Positions 10,901 through 15,753 of a stretch of DNA of 39,257 nucleotides are shown here, piece after piece. The first letter of the stretch is position 1; every line of letters begins with the position of its first letter. Under the pieces are notes generated by a model. The model saw only the letters and a list, made by a program, of their open reading frames with translations, searched no databases and was not told the DNA's origin. Source of the DNA: Candidatus Omnitrophota bacterium (lineage in GTDB: Bacteria > Omnitrophota > Omnitrophia > Omnitrophales > Aquincolibacteriaceae); NCBI GenBank assembly GCA_043803685.1, contig JAZDJU010000080.1, positions 1-39,257 on the forward strand. The letters run 5' to 3'. A program made the translations under genes and the position numbers.

Positions 10901-13172
10901 TGTCAGCCAGCATCGCCGCAGCAACGGCTGAGGGTTCTTGGCCCAGATTCGTGGCAACTTGATTCACGATCGGAGCGATCTGATCCCTAGCGGCATCAGC
11001 GCCGATAGGTTTTATCTCTCCCTTGTCAGTCTTCTGCTTGATGAGTTCTCCCTGCACAGCCAACCCTTGCGCCAATATGGGACTTACCTGCCCGGCCGGT
11101 GCCGGACTACCCGCCAAGTCTGTTAAAACATCTGTGATCTGATCGGTCGTAGCACCCACTTTCCCAATAGCCTCGAGCGCTTCGGCTTCCTGGAGACGGA
11201 TGACGCGATAAATCTTCCGGCTGTTCTTTTCCCCGATCGGTGTCAGAGCGATCTGGATCCCCGCATTTTTGGCATAATCAGACTGGTTAAAGATCCCGAT
11301 AGCCCCATCCACCGTCCCATAATCACCGGCACGTCCGATCGCCCGCAGGACCGGCATCAGATTTCTAAGAACGTCTTGTCCTCCCAACTGTTCGCCTTGC
11401 GCCCTAAATGATTCGAGACGCGACACGGCTTCCAGGTAAGAAAGCTCGAAGGTGCTAGCTTTGTTCTGGAGCATCACACTACGATAAAGATTCTCGTCGG
11501 ATTTTTCGCTGAGGCGCGGGGTGAGAACACCGTAGCTGATCTCATGTTCCCTGAGAAGCTCCGTAATGCCGTCGGTGTGGAAACCTCCCGTGATCACGAC
11601 CGCTTTACTGAGAGATTCCCGGCGCATGACGGTGTCGATCTTTTCGTAAAAGACGTCCTCTCTTTTCCTCGCCGCTTCGTAGAACCGGTACGCCGCTTCC
11701 TGCACCTCAGTCACGGCCTTCTTGAAATTGGGATTGACCGGCTTTGTCTCGAAATTGGAAAGCGGCAGGTTAAGCTGCTGACTCACTAAGATTCCGATCT
11801 TCTTGAGCTCCCCGACCATGGCCTCCATCGAAAGGACTTCTTCCCGGCCAAGCACCTCCTGCCAATCCTTGCGGGTCAATTCGAGATTCAGAAGCTTTCG
11901 AACCAGCTCTTCGTCCCTGTAGAGCGCGAGAAGAGCTTTCTGCTGCTCTGTCGCGGCCAGTTTGTCGAGGATCCGCGTGAACAGGCTCCGGATCTCCGTA
12001 AAAAGACTCTTCGGATCCAGCTCGCTTTTCAGGATGAGATAGCCCGCATAAAGACTGAAGTGAGGATAATCGGAAAATCGAAATCCCTTCGGCCCCGCCT
12101 CCATAACGAGCTGTTCCATGAGATCTCGCGGCTCGATCGGACCCGCCTGGCCCGCCACACCCGTGCGCATCACGCTCAGCCGCTGATCCTTGAAATTCTC
12201 GATCGCGGTCACGAGCTTCGGGGAAACTTTTTTCTCCTTCAGGAACTTGATCAGGGTATCCCGTTCCGAAAGCCCCTTGGCCGTATCGAGTTCTTTTTCC
12301 ATGGCCTGGAGGACCAAAAGCCTCGTGGTCTGCGGCCATTCGACCTGCGCGAGCAAACTTTCAAGATCGATTCCTAGCACTCGTTTCGCTTCCGCGGTGA
12401 GATTGCGAATATAGGGCATGAACTCCCGGTGACCTTTTTCGAATTTCTTCCATTCCCCGAGTAGTTTGATCAGATCGCCCGGGAACACTTTGGAGGCAAG
12501 ACCGGAGAGCCGCCCTTCGAAACCGTCGAGGTACTTTTTTACCGTTGCCTCCGAACCAAACACTTTCTTGAGCGCTTCGTAGTTCTCGCGATAGAGCTCC
12601 GCGTTCTCGATGCCGTGAGCCCTGACGGCGGAGCCGTCAGACTGAAGACTGGAGACTGGAGACTGGAGACTAAAATCCTTCTTGCTGCTGTCTGTGGTCT
12701 GCGGTCTATAGTCTTTATCTGCTTCTAGAAGATAAAGTTCCGCTCCCGTGAGCTCTCCCTGTTCTGCGAGGAATTGCGCGAGCTTCAGGTTCCGCTCCTT
12801 GTCCGGGAACATCTTGAGATAATCAGGATTGAGGTCCTCAGAAGCGCCTTCCACGAAGAGCGTCTTGATGCCATAGGATTTGTCGAGATACTGCAAAAGC
12901 TGTTTGATCTTCTGCTGAGCTCCGTAGTTGGCGTGCGCGTTCTGGATATGCAGGATGAATTTCGGATCGGCGTGCGGCGGCGCCTCGTATAAGCCATCCA
13001 GCGTCGCCAGTTCGTCGGGGATATCGATCTGGAGAAAACCGGGGGTTTCGCGGACCGCCATCATCGCGATCCCGGCTCCGGGATCCGCGAAGGTGACCTG
13101 GCTGGACAGAAAGCAGGCCAACGTCAAGAGACTCGTCGCGCGAATGAGTTTTTGTTTTACTTTCGAAAACAC
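1..13172 (-). CDS. Giant secreted multidomain protein (>=4390 aa, 3' end outside the window)
   Basis: GTG at 13172 with SD AAAGGGGGA at 13181-13189. N-terminus MFSKVKQKLIRATSLLTLACFLSSQVTFA is a Sec signal. Hand translation found no in-frame stop down to position 1, and the ORF track lists no closed minus ORF in this frame. Catalytic motifs occur throughout. Confidence 0.95.
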   Translation of the reverse strand, partial: MFSKVKQKLIRATSLLTLACFLSSQVTFADPGAGIAMMAVRETPGFLQIDIPDELATLDGLYEAPPHADPKFILHIQNAHANYGAQQKIKQLLQYLDKSYGIKTLFVEGASEDLNPDYLKMFPDKERNLKLAQFLAEQGELTGAELYLLEADKDYRPQTTDSSKKDFSLQSPVSSLQSDGSAVRAHGIENAELYRENYEALKKVFGSEATVKKYLDGFEGRLSGLASKVFPGDLIKLLGEWKKFEKGHREFMPYIRNLTAEAKRVLGIDLESLLAQVEWPQTTRLLVLQAMEKELDTAKGLSERDTLIKFLKEKKVSPKLVTAIENFKDQRLSVMRTGVAGQAGPIEPRDLMEQLVMEAGPKGFRFSDYPHFSLYAGYLILKSELDPKSLFTEIRSLFTRILDKLAATEQQKALLALYRDEELVRKLLNLELTRKDWQEVLGREEVLSMEAMVGELKKIGILVSQQLNLPLSNFETKPVNPNFKKAVTEVQEAAYRFYEAARKREDVFYEKIDTVMRRESLSKAVVITGGFHTDGITELLREHEISYGVLTPRLSEKSDENLYRSVMLQNKASTFELSYLEAVSRLESFRAQGEQLGGQDVLRNLMPVLRAIGRAGDYGTVDGAIGIFNQSDYAKNAGIQIALTPIGEKNSRKIYRVIRLQEAEALEAIGKVGATTDQITDVLTDLAGSPAPAGQVSPILAQGLAVQGELIKQKTDKGEIKPIGADAARDQIAPIVNQVATNLGQEPSAVAAAMLADMNKLAAKTPITGPVSQTNNLPTSAAPNSSAGGRITTTLGVPSTETPARTVGKRSESRLATLESDIAELENEVRRIGVNELPVMGFHGQPPWPVKSYFYFVFRGKKASGLDSDLAMPVEEFLKRLQGTVISTSNYSSFDLSKGVKPVIHLLTDTDGFRLFGTNEKSSTNTFDVLDPYVVDPNLKRVRRYPYFPWEGVENPQKVPDQAKREITLSDEELKEIQAEGKRIAKPEIGLGAAQAMSFLAYRVLYEKALSEMISQAQQARSVPSTPGTGMDPAATPALKRSEARTALDIASEKEADIRRRFEAGDSLGRAEAFKIITQDEFEDHLYRLSEDKKTWVRSEEEALRFRNGQKVSSEAARNQQLARELLNASHELTADRQRAKRAEAYRNAGYELIDGFWVDPLMPYSRIRGLSETVKNVLRSLGVKDIRFVRDQRAAGLVSGMRLGDGGPYLDNDTMALASVDDFAFDPGAFEHIVLHEAGHHVWQKKLSEEQRETWSARERVTAHGQNIASGKETGDGWYSPEMAPEEDFAESFAVAKGIVDESGFPVQKKVRSEKRGEPAAQVSPATPSEVTTQPSAVPATTPADGRSEVRDKELLEKFEPVDASISLPVLAGVSPAARKFFDRQEAVEKWINRYWGGVVAACAISGGAVASFLIAEFLARTDLFSNWENVVLWGVSLFVGAISGLAGLLWSAFRSQKYPLDYLDANDRISHPKSEQNIRTLESLVPGAKDLRAAYDAMVIDVGTRHRNGTLPKGVSVLLTIIPDQMEFALEDSRETALASATAEILFDHSHIVIAIKGQSEESFPVVLRNGDHSSVKALVDQGGRTVERNIEELILEKTGVRLRGSFEEALESLETSSHAVTLGKTGETLMLRNRREDVQLVINQQGEFLESAVLAQRLPKVFARYGNYLFSYHSHPEDEGGINPGDIAAIESSSKAFGRPIPEVIWSPLSRTQLAGRVYVPVQKTRPGKDGPEVYFEVNEVPDAILLVTLPDAVTAEPKFNADPKRSEVRGDQAVRDAEAMIAGLRVRGPDGTPRTYKLQEGTMKAVVGALDRLGEAGAETLGKPYCLFKLATTYESLKAASKPEELAGKFQSRVTEYVAGNVPGAQRLDRKEGTKTIEAGASAFFNLEGDILSAIREAYNRGLTHVEVSFDNLPYAAGFAPGSVSARRLPGEYSPEYKDAIKDLLEKTGIKLTVHSSIVGPAVGAQFLFEDAADNPEFMKEQIRFAGEIGAAGIVVHLMTLSPEAKKAYAELVLYASQAAPDLKINLENYHDKTPGKKNYTKSAGFMDAFEDIFELVKEQDPGALKNLGIVLDVAHYNLSGEDPVVSADTIAQRVKALARKYPEHRETVIGYLRELHLNENLGPIEDYVGFSADLHSPVSTPGPIDIEGVITVLASHGLDPLALVEQERDLSPEDIDFMGKVLEHAQDIRREVEAAGGDYEAAVEIYRQKGEVILNEPGVAKYGLLFRDTKVRAGYALMAGLMGKEKSAAFSDHMQRRVYQKLLSLRSEKEFRELEDAGLTELFQLTVLASGKPFPPQGEKMDPTLKSGKPSVAYLVVKERNSVFVTDPVTFKIWNALSIFTEKFSGESSFDTLILKLPILKMEELMPHLGNHFEGLNTRNEKDIAAAAKADTVAAAEKAKAAKRSEMRGWKDLKKSLTVLLITVMLALSGGGGQVNATEPLATLSPESLAQVQANSLSAKVMSTPLFGTAAERQSFAGDGKAVKLGEPVDLAWLKLAGGDFTVEFVPREKLEPAKDFYKPASMEGEGRDAVYHYALPEDLTVSEALKLIGVLQKLPHSSNPNVFLSQVAETFKSTAVLMAQLAMTQALTAEQAAMINGFYGIGTSLLTTVQTDVLPTLEEIRAMPLQEEMDRQVFKALGLYNQERYKFKQYFGESASSVAISELGLWDRALRLAVNQVRSEFEAVAYFQGLMRYKEYFDGEHLKGVDIPALKKAIEDARKKGAEKASEVELNAIKKIVEVLVKLPGWVYKDTEEATIVVEASPSWMALTNRLNCLGRVAIGGEEMEQIGIKLWSVLPEFYAGSIEKANHILLLVQLSDGRFIWVEPSRPKAYSILNAHLGIKEIPEIGIRLINLRDSSGVDSARILPFKPTIKESFRHNFDAVLKGTKIIEEMRSEKPPDPVSAKFYFDQGGRYARVDKFGEAIDAYRQAIALDPKLLIARSRLVDALIATEKYEDAIPEIDKLIALDPGGLRQFRVLGGILKNSGNLEGALAQFQKVLSLAHDYPGLSGEVRAAWISIKEIQEELKIAEDPSLWPNLQKPESSIETTQGESQNRSEMRGDGVISAAADVAKTNPVLSRRSFLKLLGAAAGVAVLDGPASWAATLEVPTRFATTLVQQGGVLENAIVQDVMTLPLKDVLSRFGISFDSDTKDILSWFNLTGGVELKFVKNPPQNYLKPSVTGKGEGAVYHFQLPENLSLQEALNLLKVIQGLPNGVREGVLLPKVAKQLIGMADHMTQLAKSRGGEISPEQQSLISAFSGVGAMLAGSAVDALGNGVEQTLRQGMNEEFYSRLGLSGEERQLFEEIFGRKGDAEKSIRALDLPRKLTDLVIQTILVELEYATYFKGVKDTQKLLADYLGWKINVPGLKKSIAEAKQKYGDDSPQVVQAELDAIRKILDPILALPGWVDTSKPERGALEAAPGPVWRSGGEMSCVFRSIFAGKYLEDLGIQNWVASYPGDRLFIGHAFNVVELSDGTYRWIDPSSENRDASIVSSDERRPKLERGEIPPEGVVLDTRKAIRVIPFQEAIQLFLWNYAVVTGIVFPKDLARMEMLYRQQIALNPKNHDAYINLGDKLMTVPSRLDDAIKLYEAAIRLNPGYAEDEMSPAVFTDYMGLGDAYLLKGKYGKTLGSYPTAHVSYAKSRASYEKASQLKPWAPMPYFRLGNLLNSAGEIREALAQFEKFIEAAETNYLLDKYVEYAKAKVAELKDKLSETPSEQAPRSEVPEKRSEVRGMSISRIVATGMLTLFLSLSVLFTGDLRAGMVQQVSTPVVAPVAASAGTIPLYLGFVMHDGVENLNREVISLINEAVMKAPRLANGKPNALAILETGWADYLNKLLGDLQGGRVSFLSGKVPEKDDLARVGRLLDLYRGDPEIRARIDEEAHKFYASRKGFQTYGVNDPKKLIRETQGRGPAATFRGAELKALAAANVPGVVFEAPDFESSLCYWLSHLFYGQFFEALGEGSLDKAMSAFEQFTRWGDERMKIRDEALAGQIRSLTAEDPSRPVIHLRGMDHSGNREIIADGTMPRGIYEPKGMLWERYVASMDPSAPKSLQQTYAELFLVGLGFYEAGLKDPADTRAMDLARAMETTLNGLSESEARNAMQDAVRKIADTVKKDRSSASPRAKFQDAALKVFSASSSARSQQVQFDFPQLWEAVQSQGLLKGVTEKDLRDSISFSEKETAVVKGAIDLLVEKQILPEEAYRVKVVFLSGIDPEKYKAMRSGPKSFAMAFIGLNTVIVDQGAYQEIPSGERAKWLAIKIAHEIMHILLGENVPVLIQEAITYRVTLEVMKALGNESPEQIEAQERVAKAFEALSKNPGGVVTKAFDLLPEDLGLLNYDQIVPAGTEMTLVRIYDMNQPDGKKIMFGVDGEGNVIRDPQLLTGE
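1977..3980 (-). other. Giant protein module: internal Tat-type signal, transglutaminase-like Cys-His-Asp domain, TPRs
   Basis: SRRSFLK (3906-3926) followed by LLGAAAGVAVLDGPASWA; MSCVFR (Cys 2859-2861); GHAFNVVELSDGTYRWIDPS (His 2763-2765, Asp 2715-2717); TPRs at about 2100-2500. Confidence 0.8.
3996..5933 (-). other. Giant protein module: internal Sec-type signal, transglutaminase-like Cys-His-Glu domain, TPRs
   Basis: GWKDLKKSLTVLLITVMLALSGGGGQVNA; NCLGR (Cys 4836-4838); NHILLLVQLSDGRFIWVEPS (His 4731-4733, Glu 4683-4685); TPRs such as AIDAYRQAIALDP at about 4150-4440. Confidence 0.75.
6660..7530 (-). other. Giant protein module: AP endonuclease 2 / xylose isomerase-like TIM barrel (endonuclease IV-like)
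   Basis: LTVH, IVVH, INLEN, LDVAH, ELHLNEN, ADLH, GPID and LVE appear in the order of the endonuclease IV metal ligands. Confidence 0.85.
7869..9116 (-). other. Giant protein module: two TM helices plus JAB/MPN domain
   Basis: Hydrophobic hairpin at 8808-8987. FSYHSHPEDEGGINPGD (HSH...D at 8106-8147) is HxHx7(N)x2D, with an upstream candidate Glu in RREDVQLVI. Confidence 0.65.
9237..10037 (-). other. Giant protein module: zincin metallopeptidase
   Basis: IVLHEAGHHVW (HEAGH at 9450-9464) with downstream EDFAESF (9291-9311), the third-ligand pattern of anthrax lethal factor-like zincins. Confidence 0.8.
11460..12960 (-). other. Giant protein: N-terminal TraB/Tiki (EreA/ChaN-like fold) domain
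   Basis: Ordered motifs HIQNAH (12933-12950), LFVEG (VEG at 12846-12854), GIEN (12603-12614), FY..A..RE, and AVVITGGFHTDGITELLREHEISY (GGFH at 11577-11588). This matches the H...E...E...R...GxxH pattern of the TraB/Tiki family; no HMM was run. Confidence 0.55.
12639..12714. repeat. Heptamer tandem/inverted repeat inside the giant CDS
   Basis: Five AGACTGG-like units, a spacer, then four inverted GTCTnnn units; the reading frame is kept. Confidence 0.85.
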
Positions 13173-13244
13173 TATATTTATCCCCCTTTATCACTCTTTT
13201 TTTAAAGTGATAAAACCGCTACATGTTGCTATACCTCTAATTAA

Positions 13245-13273
13245 AATGTAGCTTGGAGATTAGACATTGTCAA
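13245..13273 (-). promoter_or_regulatory. Sigma70-type promoter of the giant gene
   Basis: Minus strand TTGACA (13273-13268), 17 nt, TACATT (13250-13245), in an AT-rich intergenic region about 70 nt upstream of the start. Confidence 0.6.
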
Positions 13274-13404
13274 TGCAGTAACTAATTTTACTAAATATAA
13301 CTTAACTCATTGCATTTGAATGATTTACGTCATTAATTTATACCGGATAAGCTAGACGCCATGAAACTATGCTCTCATTCTCATTTTTGACTCGTCCAAC
13401 CCCC

Positions 13405-13462
13405 TTTACACACCCGGGGTGTTAAAAGATACGTAACCCTCTTTACACCCCGGGTGTGTAAA
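13405..13462. repeat. REP-like inverted pair
   Basis: Perfect 18-bp inverted repeat TTTACACACCCGGGGTGT (13405-13422) / ACACCCCGGGTGTGTAAA (13445-13462); each arm is itself nearly palindromic. Confidence 0.75.
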
Positions 13463-13528
13463 TGGGTTGAAGGGTGAAAACGGAGCGGCTCTTGAAGTTG
13501 AAATTGTAATTTCGGATACTGCTCGTTG

Positions 13529-13537
13529 TGATATAAT
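13529..13537 (+). promoter_or_regulatory. Extended -10 promoter of lpxA (probably leaderless)
   Basis: TGaTATAAT ends 8 nt before the ATG at 13546; no SD is present. Confidence 0.6.
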
Positions 13538-13545
13538 TCCGATCT

Positions 13546-14400
13546 ATGTCTGAAATCCATTCCAGTGCCATCATCGGAAAGCAGGTCGAGATCGGGGTCA
13601 ATAACATCATTGGCCCGAACGTCATTCTTGAGGACGGTGTCAAGATCGGCTCCCACAACAAGATCATGGCCGGTGCTTATCTCGCTCGAGGGACCGAGAT
13701 CGGAAATTACAACGTCCTTCACATGAATGCCGTGATCGGTCATGAGCCCCAGGACCTCGCTTATCAGGGCGAGGCCACCTTCACCAGGATCGGCTCCAAG
13801 AACGTCATCCGGGAATTCGTCACGATCCACCGCGGCACCAAGGAAGGCACCGCGACCGTGATCGGCGACGGAAATTTCCTCATGGCTTATTGCCACATCG
13901 CGCACAATTGCCATCTCGGCAGCAACATCATCATGGTGAACCAGGCTTCGCTCACCGGCCACTGCGTGGTCGAGGACAAGGCGTTCCTTTCGGGCATGAC
14001 CGGTTTTCACCAATTCACGAGGATCGGCACACTCGCCATGGTGAGCGCTCTCACCGCGATCAATAAGGACATTCCCCCCTATGTGGTGTGCGGCGGACGT
14101 CCGGGTGTCGCTCAAGGGATCAATGTGGTGGGCATGAGACGCGCGGGGATCGGACCGCAGGTGCGCGCCGAGATCAAGGAAGCTTACAAATTGCTTTATC
14201 GTTCAGGATTGAATGTGAGCCAGGCCGTGGAAAAGATCCGGAATTCCCTCAAAAGCCCCGAAGTGATCCACATGGTCGAGTTCATCGAGGCCTCCAAACG
14301 CGGAATTTTGGATGGCTCCAGCGCGGCGGCTGACACGATCGGACACCGCAAAAACCGCGCGATTACTGCTGCAGAAGAACCTGAAGAAGAACTCGCCTAG
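13546..14400 (+). CDS. lpxA: Acyl-ACP--UDP-N-acetylglucosamine O-acyltransferase
   Basis: Hexapeptide repeats; IGHEPQDL, IREFVTIHRGT, HIAHNC, HQFTRIG and GINVVGMRR motifs. Confidence 0.93.
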   Translation: MSEIHSSAIIGKQVEIGVNNIIGPNVILEDGVKIGSHNKIMAGAYLARGTEIGNYNVLHMNAVIGHEPQDLAYQGEATFTRIGSKNVIREFVTIHRGTKEGTATVIGDGNFLMAYCHIAHNCHLGSNIIMVNQASLTGHCVVEDKAFLSGMTGFHQFTRIGTLAMVSALTAINKDIPPYVVCGGRPGVAQGINVVGMRRAGIGPQVRAEIKEAYKLLYRSGLNVSQAVEKIRNSLKSPEVIHMVEFIEASKRGILDGSSAAADTIGHRKNRAITAAEEPEEELA

Positions 14401-14403
14401 CTG

Positions 14404-14478
14404 GTATCAGAGTTTCAGTGTGTCAGAGTATCAAAAAGCCTTAAATTTGACACGTTGATACCTTGACACTTTGATACT
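14404..14478. repeat. Octamer inverted repeat array between convergent lpxA and fabF (possible bidirectional terminator)
   Basis: Four GT(A/G/T)TCAnn units, a spacer, then four TTGA(C/T)ACn units. Confidence 0.8.
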
Positions 14479-14489
14479 TTAAAACGGTC

Positions 14490-15740
14490 TTAGACCCGTT
14501 TTAAAATGAGGATGGAATTTTTACCGCCGAAACCGAAGGAATTCTTCATTGCGATCCGGATGTCGGCCTTGCGGGCGACATTGGGAACATAGTCCAGATC
14601 GCAGTCGGGGTCTTTGGAGCTGTAGTTGATGGTCGGAGGGATCAGCTGATGTTCCATGGCGAGGAGCGTCGCGATGAGCTCCACACTTCCGGCCGCGCCG
14701 ATCAAGTGACCGATCATGGATTTGATGGAACTGATAGGGATCTCGTAGGCCCGGGGACCAAAAACCTTCTTGATGACCAGTGTCTCGGTCTTGTCGTTCA
14801 AGGACGTTGAAGTCCCATGAGCGTTGATGTAGTCGATCTCGCTCGGGTCCACTCCCGCGCTCTCCATCGCGAGTTTCATGGCACGGGCCGCCTCAGTCCC
14901 TTCCGGGTCCGGCTCCGTCATGTGATACGCGTCGCAGGTCATTCCGTGACCGAGGATCTCCGCGTAAATATGCGCTCCCCGTTTTTTCGCGTGTTCGTAC
15001 TCTTCCAGAACCAGCATCCCCGCCCCTTCTCCCAAAACAAATCCGTCGCGATCCATGCTGAACGGGCGCGAAGCCTTTTCGGACTGATCGTTCCGCGTCG
15101 AAAGCGCGCGCGCCACGCAAAAGGACGCCACAATACCGGGAAAGATCGTCGCTTCAGCGCCACCCATGATCAGGAAATCAAGGTCTCCGTTCTGGATCGC
15201 ATCAAGCGCATACCCGCAAGCGTCTGACGCGGAGGAACAAGCCGTCGCGATGGAAAAACTCGGACCTTTCACGCCCAACTCGATCGAAACGTTGCCGGCG
15301 CAGGCATCCGGAAAGGAAGCAAGCGCTGTGAACGGATTGATCCGCATAGGCCCCTTTTTCAGCATCCCCTCGTGCTGTTCCAGGATAAACCCCACACCCG
15401 CGAGAGCCGCACCTATGATCACCCCCGTCCGTTCACGGACGCCGAGTTCGTCAAGATCCAGCTTCGCGTCCTCAACCGCCATCTTGGAAGCCACGACCGC
15501 AAACTGTGTGGTGCGGTCCATGCGTTTGAGTTTTTTGGGGAGGATATAAGCAGACGGATCGAAATTTTTGATCTCGCCGGCGAAATGCGTAGTGAACTGT
15601 GTGGTGTCAAAAGCGGATATATTGGAGACGCCACTGCGGCCTTTGGAAATAGAATCCCAAAAAGCTTCTTTTCCGAAACCGACCGACGAGACGACCCCCA
15701 GGCCCGTAATAACGACTCTGCGGTTCCTGGGGCTCGTCAT
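14490..15740 (-). CDS. fabF: 3-oxoacyl-ACP synthase II
   Basis: RRVVITGLG, TACSS (catalytic Cys), YINAHGTST, KSMIGHL, NSFGFGG. Confidence 0.95.
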   Translation of the reverse strand: MTSPRNRRVVITGLGVVSSVGFGKEAFWDSISKGRSGVSNISAFDTTQFTTHFAGEIKNFDPSAYILPKKLKRMDRTTQFAVVASKMAVEDAKLDLDELGVRERTGVIIGAALAGVGFILEQHEGMLKKGPMRINPFTALASFPDACAGNVSIELGVKGPSFSIATACSSASDACGYALDAIQNGDLDFLIMGGAEATIFPGIVASFCVARALSTRNDQSEKASRPFSMDRDGFVLGEGAGMLVLEEYEHAKKRGAHIYAEILGHGMTCDAYHMTEPDPEGTEAARAMKLAMESAGVDPSEIDYINAHGTSTSLNDKTETLVIKKVFGPRAYEIPISSIKSMIGHLIGAAGSVELIATLLAMEHQLIPPTINYSSKDPDCDLDYVPNVARKADIRIAMKNSFGFGGKNSILILKRV

Positions 15741-15753
15741 CGATCGATCTTAT

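Noticed and set aside
18..13251. Dozens of short ORFs listed in the track across 1-13.2 kb
   Set aside because: They are antisense or off-frame shadows of the giant minus-strand CDS and show no recognisable motifs.
13381..14115. 244-aa minus-strand ORF
   Set aside because: Antisense to lpxA and runs through the REP-like repeat.
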